DNA of 59,612 bases from Gemmatimonadales bacterium (GTDB lineage Bacteria > Gemmatimonadota > Gemmatimonadetes > Gemmatimonadales > GWC2-71-9), in NCBI GenBank assembly GCA_013813435.1, contig JACCRS010000052.1, positions 1-59,612 on the forward strand, written 5' to 3'. Below the pieces are notes generated by a model that was given only the letters and a program-made list of their open reading frames with translations, had not been told where the DNA came from and did not search any database. Position 1 is the first letter of the stretch, and the number at the start of each line of letters is the position of its first letter. Both the position numbers and the translations under genes were made by a program. Of the stretch, positions 47,916-57,570 are shown in pieces.

Positions 47916-49060
47916 GTCGAAGAGCCCGCGGAGTTAATGCGGTCGCGGTTGCCGGCGCTCTTGCCTGTGCCGGCCCGCCACCACCCCAGCTCGAGCCGGT
48001 ACCGGTGCTGCTTTCCAGTGAAGTCGCTACCAGCCTTTACCTGATCGGCGATGCCGGGAAGCCCCACACCGGTGGCGAGCCGGTGCTCGAGGCGCTGCGG
48101 CGGGATCTCGCGTCGCGCAGCTCGGAACGGGTAGTCGTTTTCCTCGGGGATAATGCATACCCGCGCGGGCTTCCGGCATCGGGGCAGCCGGGTAGGCTTC
48201 GGGCCGAAATCAGCCTCGCCACGCAGGTGGAGACGATTACCGGCACGGGCTCTCGCGGCTTCTTCGTACCGGGAAATCACGATTGGGCCAAACACGGCGT
48301 GGACGGCTGGAAGGCGATAGAACGTCAGAAAGCTTTCATTGATTCCGCAGGTCGGGGAGCGGCGTCGCTCGAGCCCGGTGGAGGGTGTCCAGGCCCGGCA
48401 GTGATGGACATCGGGCCGCGGCTCCGGCTCGTGTTGCTGGATACGCAGTGGTGGCTTCACCCAGGTCCGAAGCCGCGTCATCCGGACTCCGGCTGCGGCA
48501 CCGATGCGGAGTCGGAGATTGTGGACTCTCTTCGCACGGCGCTGCTCGGCGCAGCGGGGCGATTGGTCGTGGTGGCGCACCATCACCCACTGGCATCGGG
48601 TGGCGTCCATGGGGGATACTTCGGCTGGAGGGAGCACCTCTTTCCCCTTCGGTCGATCAAGTCATCGCTGTGGATACCGCTTCCACTGCTGGGCTCTCTT
48701 TATCCGACCGCCCGTCTGGAGGGTATTTCCAGGCAGGACATCGGATCTCGCGCCTATCAGCGCATGATCGCGGCGATCCGCCGTGCGTTTGGCGCCGCAC
48801 CACCAGCGCTGGACGCGGCGGGCCACGAGCACAACCTCCAGGTGATCAAAGGAGGCGCTGCCAGACTCAATCTGGTCAGCGGCACGGGCATCTATGGCCA
48901 CAGTGGCGGGGCATTCTCCGTTCCCGGTTCCTTGTTCGCCAAAAACGCGAGCGGCTTCGCCCGCCTGGACATCCCCCGATCGGGACGCGCCCGGCTCGCC
49001 GTTCTGGTCGCGGATGGTGCGGGCGGCAGCCGCGAGGTGTTCTCGACAAGGGTAGAATGA
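47912..49060 (+). CDS. calcineurin-like metallophosphoesterase, lipoprotein
   Basis: GTGA overlap with the upstream stop. Lipobox-like AVAGALACAG. Motifs GDAG, GDNAY, GNHDW, ..VAHHHP.., ..GHEHN.. Confidence 0.85.
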   Translation: MSRRARGVNAVAVAGALACAGPPPPQLEPVPVLLSSEVATSLYLIGDAGKPHTGGEPVLEALRRDLASRSSERVVVFLGDNAYPRGLPASGQPGRLRAEISLATQVETITGTGSRGFFVPGNHDWAKHGVDGWKAIERQKAFIDSAGRGAASLEPGGGCPGPAVMDIGPRLRLVLLDTQWWLHPGPKPRHPDSGCGTDAESEIVDSLRTALLGAAGRLVVVAHHHPLASGGVHGGYFGWREHLFPLRSIKSSLWIPLPLLGSLYPTARLEGISRQDIGSRAYQRMIAAIRRAFGAAPPALDAAGHEHNLQVIKGGAARLNLVSGTGIYGHSGGAFSVPGSLFAKNASGFARLDIPRSGRARLAVLVADGAGGSREVFSTRVE

Positions 49061-51627
49061 GGGCGGAGATGATTCCTACTAGAGAGCTGTTGTTCGGTAC
49101 AGTCATACTGAGCTCGGCCGTGCCCATACTTGCCGGACAGCAGGTGGACAGCACCCGACCAGCTCAGGTGCTTCAGGCTCCGGGCTTGCACTATCGGGCC
49201 GGTGGACTCCACCGATTTGTGCTGGGCCGGGATTATCGATCCCACTGGACCACTCCAGTCTCGGTGCCGGTTTTGGATCTCGGCAGGTTCGCCGGCGGAC
49301 TCCAGACCCTGTCGCGGGGCGGCGGACAGCAGACCCGGTCGTTACTTCTGAGAGCCCGCGGTGGGCGCGAGTTCTTGTTTCGATCGGTGGACAAAGACCC
49401 ATCAGCCACTTTGCCGCCCGAGCTGCGCCCGACCGTCGCGGGTCAGGTGGTGCGGGATCAGACCAGCTCCGCGCTTCCCACTGCGCCACTGATTGTCGGG
49501 CCTCTGCTCGCGGCAGCCGGAATTCTGCACAGCGAATCGCACTTCTACGTCTTGCCCGACGATCCCAGCATGGGAGAGTTCCAAAAAGAGTTTGCGGGCG
49601 TAATGGGTTTTCTGCAGGAACGAATCGGTGGGCCCGAGGGACCCTCTGCCCGTTGGGGCGGCGCGGCCGAAATCATCATTACCGATACACTATTCGCCCG
49701 ACTTACCCGCACGACGGACGATCGAGTGGATGCCCGGGCGTTTCTTACTGCCCGGCTGCTCGATCTGCTGATTGGCGACTGGGACCGGCACGCCGGACAG
49801 TGGCGCTGGGCCCGATTCGGAGAGGCTCTTCCCCGCCGCTGGATCCCGATTCCCGAGGACCGGGATCAGGCCTTCGTCAAGTACGACGGGTTGCTCCTGG
49901 CAATCGCGCGACAAAGCGCGCCCCAGCTGACCAACTTCGGGCCCACCTATCCGTACCTTGCGGGCGCCACCTGGAACGGACGCGATCTCGACCGGCGCAT
50001 TCTGGTGGAGCTGGACTGGCGGGACTGGGAATCGGTCGCAGTCGGCCTCCAGGCGGCACTCCCTGACGAGGTCATCGATCGAGCGGTGCGAGCCATGCCG
50101 CCCGAGCACTACGCCCTGAGAGGTGCCCTGCTCATCAGCGCTCTGCGCTCCCGGCGCGATAAACTTCTGGAGGCGGCCCGCGGGTACTACGAGCTTCTGG
50201 CCCGACAGGTCGATGTCCACGGAACTCAGGGCACCGATCGAGCCGCACTGATCCGGCAGAGGGATGGTGGGGCAGAGCTCACGATCTCAGCAGGAGGGTT
50301 AGACACGAACGATTTCTATTTCCGGCGCCGCTTCGCCCGCCAGAGCACGAGCGAGATCCGGATTTTCCTGGGTGGAGGCGACGACGTGGCCATGGTCCGC
50401 GGGCCAGGCCGCGGTCCCGTACTCCGCATCCTCGGAGAAGAGGGACAGGACGAGTTGATCGACTCCACCCGCGGCGGCAACGAGCGTTTCTACGATGAGC
50501 CGGGTGCTCCGGTGCGGACCGGTGGCTTCGCAAACAGAATCGATCGCCGTCCGTACAACCCCCCACCGAAAGAGCCAGGCGCCCTGCCGCCGAGAGACTG
50601 GGGTAAGCGGTGGACCTCGAGCACCTGGGCGTCTCTCGGTCCTGACATGGGCCTGCTGATAGGTGGAGGGCGGGCGCTGACCGTCTTTGGCTTCCGGAAG
50701 GACCCCTACGCCAGCCGGCATCGGTTCCGTGCCGGATTTGCCACCGGCCCCAAGACGTACCGTTTCGACTATCGAGGCGAGCTCCACCGGGAGAACTCTA
50801 CCGGACACGGGGAGATCCAGGTTCGTGCTTCAGGGGTGGACGTCATCAGCTTCCATGGCTTCGGGAATGAGATTTCCGCTCCCGGGAACAATGAGTTCTA
50901 CCGGGTCACTCAGGACGTTTTCAGTATCGCTCCATCGGTGGTGTTGCCCTTAGGTGGCAGGACTACGTTCCGGTTTGGCCCGATCCTGAAGTACGCCTCC
51001 ACCGACCAACGTCCCGGACGCTTCCTCACTTCGCTCGACAATCTCTACGGCGCCAGCAGTTTTGGAGAGCTTGGCGCTGGGCTGGCCCTGCGGTTCGACA
51101 GCAGAGATCATCCTCACAATGCCAGCCGGGGCATCAAACTCGAGCTCGGTGGCCGGGCCTATCCCGCCATTTGGCATGTAGACCGTACCTTTGGCGAAGT
51201 ACACGGCGAAATCGCCACCTACCTTACCCCAAATCTACCTTTCCAGCCCACGCTGGCCCTTCGGGCCGGTGGCCGCAAGCTCTGGGGAAGCTATCCCTTT
51301 TTTGAGGCCGCCTTCATCGGAGGTCCTTCGACGGTAAGACTGGGCCGGGTGAACCGCTACGCCGGAGATGCCGCGGCGTATGGCAACGCCGAACTCCGCT
51401 TGCCGCTTGCCAAGGTCACGCTGGTTCTGCCTGCGGATGTGGGGGTGTTCGGGCTGGCGGACGCCGGGCGGGTGTTCCTGGAAGGCGAGTCTTCCGATAA
51501 GTGGCACACGGCTTTCGGGGGAGGGATCTGGTTGGCCTACCTGAGCCGGGAGAACACGATCTCGGCCGCGGTTGCGGCCGGTGAGGAGCGCACTGGGTTC
51601 TACGTGCAGGCCGGCTTCGGTTTCTGA
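49057..51627 (+). CDS. Omp85/BamA-TamA-family outer-membrane protein with atypical N-terminal domain
   Basis: Start placed at ATG 49057 (ATGA overlap; MRAEMIPTRELLFGTVILSSAVPILAGQ). C-terminal about 350 aa is a beta-barrel ending ..GFYVQAGFGF, an aromatic OMP terminus. The track's 224 upstream codons are Arg/Gly noise over the phosphoesterase gene. Confidence 0.75.
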   Translation: MRAEMIPTRELLFGTVILSSAVPILAGQQVDSTRPAQVLQAPGLHYRAGGLHRFVLGRDYRSHWTTPVSVPVLDLGRFAGGLQTLSRGGGQQTRSLLLRARGGREFLFRSVDKDPSATLPPELRPTVAGQVVRDQTSSALPTAPLIVGPLLAAAGILHSESHFYVLPDDPSMGEFQKEFAGVMGFLQERIGGPEGPSARWGGAAEIIITDTLFARLTRTTDDRVDARAFLTARLLDLLIGDWDRHAGQWRWARFGEALPRRWIPIPEDRDQAFVKYDGLLLAIARQSAPQLTNFGPTYPYLAGATWNGRDLDRRILVELDWRDWESVAVGLQAALPDEVIDRAVRAMPPEHYALRGALLISALRSRRDKLLEAARGYYELLARQVDVHGTQGTDRAALIRQRDGGAELTISAGGLDTNDFYFRRRFARQSTSEIRIFLGGGDDVAMVRGPGRGPVLRILGEEGQDELIDSTRGGNERFYDEPGAPVRTGGFANRIDRRPYNPPPKEPGALPPRDWGKRWTSSTWASLGPDMGLLIGGGRALTVFGFRKDPYASRHRFRAGFATGPKTYRFDYRGELHRENSTGHGEIQVRASGVDVISFHGFGNEISAPGNNEFYRVTQDVFSIAPSVVLPLGGRTTFRFGPILKYASTDQRPGRFLTSLDNLYGASSFGELGAGLALRFDSRDHPHNASRGIKLELGGRAYPAIWHVDRTFGEVHGEIATYLTPNLPFQPTLALRAGGRKLWGSYPFFEAAFIGGPSTVRLGRVNRYAGDAAAYGNAELRLPLAKVTLVLPADVGVFGLADAGRVFLEGESSDKWHTAFGGGIWLAYLSRENTISAAVAAGEERTGFYVQAGFGF

Positions 51628-53822
51628 TGCGCGCAGACGGCCTTGCGGTCGCCGCAGCGGCTGCAGCCGGCACGGTCATGATCGCGTTCCAGATTGCCGG
51701 CAAGGCAACCCGGGATGCGCTGTTTCTTTCGACCTTCGGCGTCGCCTCACTGCCGCCGATGGTGATTATCGCGGCGCTGCTGTCGGCCGCGCTTTCGGTG
51801 GCACTTGCCCGCCTCATGGCCCGCAGCCGCCCCAGCCGGCTCGTCCCCCGGCTGCTTGCGCTGAGCGCGCTGCTGTTGCTGGCGGAATGGGCTCTGGCAC
51901 TCGAGGCTCGCCGTCCTGCCGCAATTCTGCTCTATCTTCACTTTACGGCTCTTGGGGCCCTGCTGGTCTCCGGCTTCTGGGCGATCGTCAACGAGCGCTT
52001 CGACCCGCGCACCGCACGCCGAACCATCGGCCACATCACCGCAGGAGGCTCCGTCGGGGGCTTGCTTGGCGGCCTCCTTCCCGAACGCGTCGGCGCCACG
52101 CTCTCACTCGTCGCCATGCTCCCTATACTAGCGATGCTGCACCTGATTGCCGCCGGACTTGTTCTCGGGGTGGACCGTGGTGGTCTGCCTCGAACCTCGG
52201 CCGATGAGCCGGCTTTCGAAAGGGACGCACCAGGGGGGGCGGCAGAGATCCTTCGAGGCTCACCCTATCTTCTCGGGCTCGTTTTACTCGTGGCGCTGAC
52301 CTCCGCCGCGGAAGGGGTGCTGGACTACGTCTTCAAGGCTCGTGCGGCTGCGGCCACCCGCACAGGTGAAGAGCTGCTGCGTCTCTTCGCCGCCTTCTAC
52401 ACTGTGACCGCCCTCCTCGGCATTTCGATTCAGGTAACCACCCTCAGAAGAGTGTTCGAAAGGCTTGGTATCGCCCGCAGCGCGGCTCTGCTCCCTGCCG
52501 GTGTCTCCATCGGCGCGGTCGGTGCATTCCTGATCCCTGGTCTGGTCCCTGTGCTTCTGGCACGGGGCGCCGAGGTAGTGCTCCGCAGCTCGCTCTTTCG
52601 CGCCGCGTATGAGCTGCTGTTCACCCCGGTAGCACCCGGCGAAAAACGCGCTACCAAGCTTCTCATCGACGTCGGGGCCGCCCGTGTCGGCGATGTTGTG
52701 GGAGGTCTTCTCATAGCGGCAGCACTCCTGCTCACCGGCGCGGCAGCTGGAAAGATTCTTCTCGGCACGACCGTGGCGCTCTCCCTCGGTGCGGTGGTGG
52801 TGGCGCGCAGGCTGCACCTCGGCTACGTAGCTGCCCTGGAGGGAAGTCTCCAGCGCAGGACCGGCGGGGTGCCGGATCCCCTGCACGATGAGGGTTCCGC
52901 ACTGCTTCAGACCGTGGGTGGCTTCGATCTCAGCGGGATCCGGCCAAGGCCCGATCCCACTTCGCGGAGCGTGACCGAACCGGCGTCGCCGCTGCCCTCC
53001 CGTGGCAATTCGCCTGCGTCCTCACTGCATGGAGCCATCGCGGCCGGTAGCCGGGAAGAAATTCAGCGCGCGCTTTCAGCCAGCCCAATTACCGTTGACG
53101 AGATCGAGGCCACCATCGAGCTGCTCGCCTGGGATGAGGTAGCACCCCACGCCATCAAAGCGCTCAGGATGGTGGGTGGCACCGGCCCCGGCGTATTCGT
53201 GCGGCATCTGCTGGATCCGCAAGAGGACTTTGCCATTCGCCGGCGCCTGATAGCCGTCGTGGCAGCCTATCCCACCACCGAGGCGTTCGACGCCCTGTTC
53301 GAGGCCATGCGCGACCGTCGGTTCGAGGTGCGGTATCGGTCAGCCCGGGCCTTGAGCTACCTGTCACGCGAGATTCCCGGCCTGCAGGTTGATCGTGAAC
53401 GTGTGTTTGACGTGATGAAGCGGGAGATGGCCGTGGAACGAGGGCTCTGGGAAACTCGGCAGCTGATCGACCAGGCCGAAGACGAGCCCTCGCCGCTGGA
53501 ATTGGAAGCCCTGCGGGGGAGAACCAACCGGAGCCTGGAACATCTCTTCACCCTGCTCTCGCTGGCGCTTCCGCCCGAAACGGTTCGACTGGCATTTCAT
53601 GGCCTGCATACGGGCGACCGCTATCTGCGCGGAACCGCACTGGAGTACCTGGAGACCGTGCTGCCTGAAGCCGTCTGGGTAAAGCTTTGGCCGTTCCTGG
53701 ATGAAGGAGAGGAGCAAGGCCCACGCCCACCGAGGAGCTCGGAACAGGTGATGCGCGAACTGGTGGCATCCCAAAACTCCATCGGGCTGGCACTGGCGGA
53801 GCTCCGACGGCGGGACCAATGA
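51627..53822 (+). CDS. TLC/MFS-like membrane domain fused to HEAT-repeat domain
   Basis: TGATG overlap. The N-terminal polytopic domain (AGKATRDALFLSTFG; FWAIVNERFDPRTARR) parallels 46461..47915. The C-terminal soluble part has HEAT-like repeats (..AFDALFEAMRDRRFEVRYRSARALSYL..). Confidence 0.7.
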   Translation: MRADGLAVAAAAAAGTVMIAFQIAGKATRDALFLSTFGVASLPPMVIIAALLSAALSVALARLMARSRPSRLVPRLLALSALLLLAEWALALEARRPAAILLYLHFTALGALLVSGFWAIVNERFDPRTARRTIGHITAGGSVGGLLGGLLPERVGATLSLVAMLPILAMLHLIAAGLVLGVDRGGLPRTSADEPAFERDAPGGAAEILRGSPYLLGLVLLVALTSAAEGVLDYVFKARAAAATRTGEELLRLFAAFYTVTALLGISIQVTTLRRVFERLGIARSAALLPAGVSIGAVGAFLIPGLVPVLLARGAEVVLRSSLFRAAYELLFTPVAPGEKRATKLLIDVGAARVGDVVGGLLIAAALLLTGAAAGKILLGTTVALSLGAVVVARRLHLGYVAALEGSLQRRTGGVPDPLHDEGSALLQTVGGFDLSGIRPRPDPTSRSVTEPASPLPSRGNSPASSLHGAIAAGSREEIQRALSASPITVDEIEATIELLAWDEVAPHAIKALRMVGGTGPGVFVRHLLDPQEDFAIRRRLIAVVAAYPTTEAFDALFEAMRDRRFEVRYRSARALSYLSREIPGLQVDRERVFDVMKREMAVERGLWETRQLIDQAEDEPSPLELEALRGRTNRSLEHLFTLLSLALPPETVRLAFHGLHTGDRYLRGTALEYLETVLPEAVWVKLWPFLDEGEEQGPRPPRSSEQVMRELVASQNSIGLALAELRRRDQ

Positions 53823-54862
53823 TCGATGGAGTGTTGCTGAAGACATTAACATCAGGGACACGCGCGGCGGTTGTCCTTCTTGCCTGCTACGCGGCCACTG
53901 CCACACCACTGCTGTCGCAAACACCTCAGCCGCTCGGCGCCCAGGACCGGACCCGACTAGCTGAGGTAGTCCGTTTGGCAACGCGACTTCGAAGCCGGAT
54001 CTGGCCGGGATGGGAACGTACGCCGCTAGCTATACTGCTGGTGACTGACTCCGCCGAGTATCTCGTGGGCCACCCGGAGCCCGGTGTTGAGTTCACGCGG
54101 TCTGGTCACGATTCGATTTTGGCACTGGATATCTGGATCCGGCCGCGGGTGTTCAGTCCCACGCTCCTCGCGACGTTCCCGGCCGTTGGTGCCCTGCCGA
54201 CTATCGTGGTCGGCACAGCGGAGCGCACCGGGAAATCATCGAGCGAATGGGTTCTGACGCTATTGCACGAGCACTTCCACCAGTGGCAATACTCATTACC
54301 GGACTACTATCACCGGGTTGGTCTGCTGGGCCTCGCCGGTGACGACTCCACCGGAATGTGGATGCTCAACTACCCCTTTCCCTACGACTCGGTACCAGTT
54401 CAGTTGGCCAGCAAACGGCTGGCTGAGACACTTTCCAGCGCAATCGATGCCACTCCGGCCCGGCGCCGGCAGGCGTTATCAGCAGTCACCGAGGCTCGCG
54501 CCGATTTGGCCGCACATCTAACGTCGGCCGACAACCGGTACCTGGAGTTTCAACTGTGGCAGGAAGGAGTGGCGCGGTTCATCGAGTATCGGACGGCCGC
54601 TGCAGCTGCGAGGCTGGGCGAACCCTCTGCAGGGTTCAGGGCACTGCCGGATTACGAGTCGTACCGGAGCTTGGCCGGGCGCGGCCGGCTGAATCTGCGC
54701 CATGAGCTCGACGAATTCGACCTGGGACAGCATAAACGCACCAGTTTTTATCCTCTTGGCGCCGCGCTGGCGCTGCTGCTCGAGGCCAATCGTGTCGAGT
54801 GGAAGCGCCGGTACGAGGAAGCACCGTTCGCGCTGACCTCACTCCTCTGGAGCGGGCGGTAA
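53819..54862 (+). CDS. secreted HExxH protein (putative gluzincin-like metallopeptidase)
   Basis: ATGA overlap. Signal peptide ..LLACYAATATPLLSQ. LLHEHFHQW followed by ..WQEGVARFIEY.. Confidence 0.6.
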   Translation: MIDGVLLKTLTSGTRAAVVLLACYAATATPLLSQTPQPLGAQDRTRLAEVVRLATRLRSRIWPGWERTPLAILLVTDSAEYLVGHPEPGVEFTRSGHDSILALDIWIRPRVFSPTLLATFPAVGALPTIVVGTAERTGKSSSEWVLTLLHEHFHQWQYSLPDYYHRVGLLGLAGDDSTGMWMLNYPFPYDSVPVQLASKRLAETLSSAIDATPARRRQALSAVTEARADLAAHLTSADNRYLEFQLWQEGVARFIEYRTAAAAARLGEPSAGFRALPDYESYRSLAGRGRLNLRHELDEFDLGQHKRTSFYPLGAALALLLEANRVEWKRRYEEAPFALTSLLWSGR

Positions 54863-54899
54863 CGTAGGCAGCATTCAAGGCGTAAAGATGATCGCGGGC

Positions 54900-56177
54900 T
54901 CACCGGCCAGGGTGCCGGGACGGCGCGAGCCGGTTGTACTTGCGCAATATCGCGCTCAGCCGGTCATGCGGCAGACCGTAGGCCCGGATGCTGTCCGCCC
55001 CGGTCATCGTGACCGCGGCTATCATCGCGTTGGTCACCGCCTCTTCGGTGGCCTGTACTGTTGCCTCGAACAGCGGGTCCAGTCTCTCGTTCGGGATCAT
55101 CTGCAGATTGACGCTGGCAGTGTCCGCGGACAGGCCCACATTTGCTGTGGAAAAGGCGATGAAGATATCTCCCGAAAAGGTACTCGAGATACTGCCCTCC
55201 CGCCCCAGGCCGAGCGAAGCACGCTTCACGATGCGGCGAAGCTGGTGGGGCAGAACCGGCGCGTCGGTGGCTATGACGATGATGATCGAGCCCAGCTCGG
55301 GATCAGGTCGCTCCAGATATGAGTTGCCTGCGCCGCAGCGGGGCATCTCCCGCAGCCACTCCCGTGAAGTGGGCTTCGAGCCGGCCACACACACTCCTGG
55401 TTCAAGCAGCTCCTGCCCCACGGGAACGCCCGCAATCCGAAGCCCGCGCCGGGAGCCGTAGTTGCACTGCACCAACACTCCCAGCATGTAGCCTCCAGAT
55501 TCGGCGGAAAGAAGGCGTGAGGCACTGCCGATCCCGCCCTTGAATCCATTGCACAGCATTCCGGTTCCGCCGCCTATGGCTCCCTCAGCGACCCGCCCAC
55601 CGCGAGCGCCGTCCAGCGCGGCGAATACGTGAGCCGGGGTCACGTGAAAGCCATTGATGTCGTTAAGAACTCCGTCCCAGGTCTCGGCCACTACAGGCAA
55701 AGCCCAGCGGAAACCCGGGTGATGCCGCAGCATCCACTGGATGGTGGCGTCCCGCGCCACACCCACGCTGTGAGTATTGGTAATGAGTACTGGGCCCTCC
55801 AGGACTCCCGACTCCTCCAACCAGGTGGTGCCGGTCATCTCGCCGTTGCCGTTCAGCGAGAACCAGCCACCAAAGACAGGTGCTTTTCCGGTTCGACCTC
55901 GGGGCAGCACGGCCGTAATTCCGGTGCGTACCGGGCCTCTGCCCTGAACCAACGCACCTTCGCCCGAGATGATCGTAGTATGCCCTACCTCCACGCCTGC
56001 TACATCGGTGATCGCGTTGTAACGCCCGGGCGTGCCGTCGAACGGGACACCGATGTCCCGGGCGCGAGCCTTCGAACGGGGCTCGCTCTGCGCATCAAGG
56101 CTGATCCAGCCAAAGGCCAGCAGCGCGGGGATTGCGGCGGTGTGAAGCAGCACCGCCGGAAGGCGTACGTGCTTCAT
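54900..56177 (-). CDS. P1/S58-family (DmpA/BapA-like) aminopeptidase, secreted
   Basis: Start ATG 56177 ([30 protein letters not shown]) shares one base with the upstream stop (TGATG). ..NAITDVAGVEVGHTT.., ..GAIGGGTGMLCNGFKGGIGSASR.., ..SIIIVIATDAPV.. The track's 193-codon extension is Arg/Gly noise. Confidence 0.85.
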   Translation of the reverse strand: MKHVRLPAVLLHTAAIPALLAFGWISLDAQSEPRSKARARDIGVPFDGTPGRYNAITDVAGVEVGHTTIISGEGALVQGRGPVRTGITAVLPRGRTGKAPVFGGWFSLNGNGEMTGTTWLEESGVLEGPVLITNTHSVGVARDATIQWMLRHHPGFRWALPVVAETWDGVLNDINGFHVTPAHVFAALDGARGGRVAEGAIGGGTGMLCNGFKGGIGSASRLLSAESGGYMLGVLVQCNYGSRRGLRIAGVPVGQELLEPGVCVAGSKPTSREWLREMPRCGAGNSYLERPDPELGSIIIVIATDAPVLPHQLRRIVKRASLGLGREGSISSTFSGDIFIAFSTANVGLSADTASVNLQMIPNERLDPLFEATVQATEEAVTNAMIAAVTMTGADSIRAYGLPHDRLSAILRKYNRLAPSRHPGR

Positions 56178-57538
56178 CACCGATCCGCCCGGGCCAGCGC
56201 GCGGTCGAGCACGTCCACCGCGAAATCGGCATCCTCGAGAGTGATGCACATTGGAGGCTTGATGCGCAGGACGTTCCCGTCGAGCCCACCTTTCCCCAGC
56301 AGTACCCCCATCTCCCGCGCCGCTTCGAGCACCTCCAGGGTCTGAGGCCCGGCTGGTACGCGGGTCTTCCTGTCGGTAACCAACTCGACCCCTAGCATAA
56401 GCCCCATGCCGCGCACTTCGCCGACAAGCGGATGGTGTTTCTGCAATCTGCGCAGTCCCTGAAGCAACCGGGCTCCGACCTGGCGGGCATTTTCCTGTAG
56501 CCCGTCTTCGTCGATGACCTCCAGCACCGCGAGACCTGCGGCCATCGAGACCGGATTCCCACCGAAGGTATTGAAGTGGATGCGGCTGGTAAGCGCCTCG
56601 GCGACCTCTTTCCGGGTGGTTACCGCCGCGAGAGGCGCGCCATTTCCGATGCCCTTGGCCATGGTCACGATGTCCGGTACCACGCCGTAGTTCTGAAATC
56701 CCCAGTAGTGCTCGCCAGTTCGTCCAAACCCGGTCTGGACCTCGTCGGCGATGCAAAGCCCGCCGTACTCTCGCACTATCGAATACGCATCGCGAAAGTA
56801 GTTTGGCGCGCCTCGGGTGACCCCGCCCACGCCCTGAATCGGCTCGGCGATGAACGCCGCGATCCTCCCGGGGGTCGAATAACGGATCAGCTGGCGTATG
56901 TCAGCGGCGCTCTTGGATGCGATCTCTTCCGCGGTCCCGCTCAAAGGGCTGGTGGCGGGGTCAGGAGACAGAGCGTGATGTATCCCTGCCTGGCCGGGCA
57001 GCGGGTGCTTCCAGGTATGATGCGAGGTTAATCCGACCGCGCTCGGTGAGCCTCCGTGATAGGCGTTCCTCAGGGCGATTACGTCGGTGTTTCCGGTGAA
57101 GAGTCGGGCCATGGTTACGGCCAGATCGTTGGCCTCGCTGCCGCTGTTCACGAAATAAGTGACGTCCAGACCAGCCGGCATTTTCGAGGCCAGCTTTTGT
57201 GCCAGGAGGGGCAGGTTGGGATGGAGATAGATCGTCGTGGCATGCTGCAGCGCCGCCGCCTGGGCCTGAACCCGCTGCAGAACCTTGGGATGACAGTGCC
57301 CGCACGACACCGTCACAATTCCGGCGAAGAGATCGAGGTAACGCCGTCCGGTCTCGTCGAATAGATACTGCATTTTCCCTTCGACGATCATGATGGGATC
57401 GCGATACAAGGTAAACAGGGCGGGGTTCACGTACCGCTTCCGAAGCGCCAGAACCTCCTCCCGGGAGGGGCCCTGGTACGGGCGTGGCGCGTGGGAGAAA
57501 GCAGGCATGGCCAGCGGCGGCGGCATGACGTCGGTCAT
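56177..57538 (-). CDS. class III aminotransferase, beta-alanine/beta-aminoisobutyrate:pyruvate (AGXT2-like) type
   Basis: ..[18 protein letters not shown].., ..[15 protein letters not shown].., PLP-lysine block [18 protein letters not shown]. Start is ATG 57538 or 57526; I chose the first after the mmsA stop. Confidence 0.8.
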   Translation of the reverse strand: MTDVMPPPLAMPAFSHAPRPYQGPSREEVLALRKRYVNPALFTLYRDPIMIVEGKMQYLFDETGRRYLDLFAGIVTVSCGHCHPKVLQRVQAQAAALQHATTIYLHPNLPLLAQKLASKMPAGLDVTYFVNSGSEANDLAVTMARLFTGNTDVIALRNAYHGGSPSAVGLTSHHTWKHPLPGQAGIHHALSPDPATSPLSGTAEEIASKSAADIRQLIRYSTPGRIAAFIAEPIQGVGGVTRGAPNYFRDAYSIVREYGGLCIADEVQTGFGRTGEHYWGFQNYGVVPDIVTMAKGIGNGAPLAAVTTRKEVAEALTSRIHFNTFGGNPVSMAAGLAVLEVIDEDGLQENARQVGARLLQGLRRLQKHHPLVGEVRGMGLMLGVELVTDRKTRVPAGPQTLEVLEAAREMGVLLGKGGLDGNVLRIKPPMCITLEDADFAVDVLDRALARADR

Positions 57539-57570
57539 TGAAGGTCTCAGTGCATGATCGGTGAAGGCTG

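Noticed and set aside
48385-49056. 224-codon N-terminal extension of the Omp85-like ORF (track ORF 48385..51627, 1080 aa).
   Set aside because: The extension runs in another frame across the metallophosphoesterase gene and is Arg/Gly/Pro-rich with no protein-like pattern. An ATG at 49057 gives a proper signal peptide and an ATGA overlap with the upstream stop.
56178-56756. 193-codon extension of the S58 peptidase ORF (54900..56756).
   Set aside because: It overlaps the transaminase gene in another frame and is Arg/Gly-rich. ATG 56177 gives a signal peptide and a TGATG junction.
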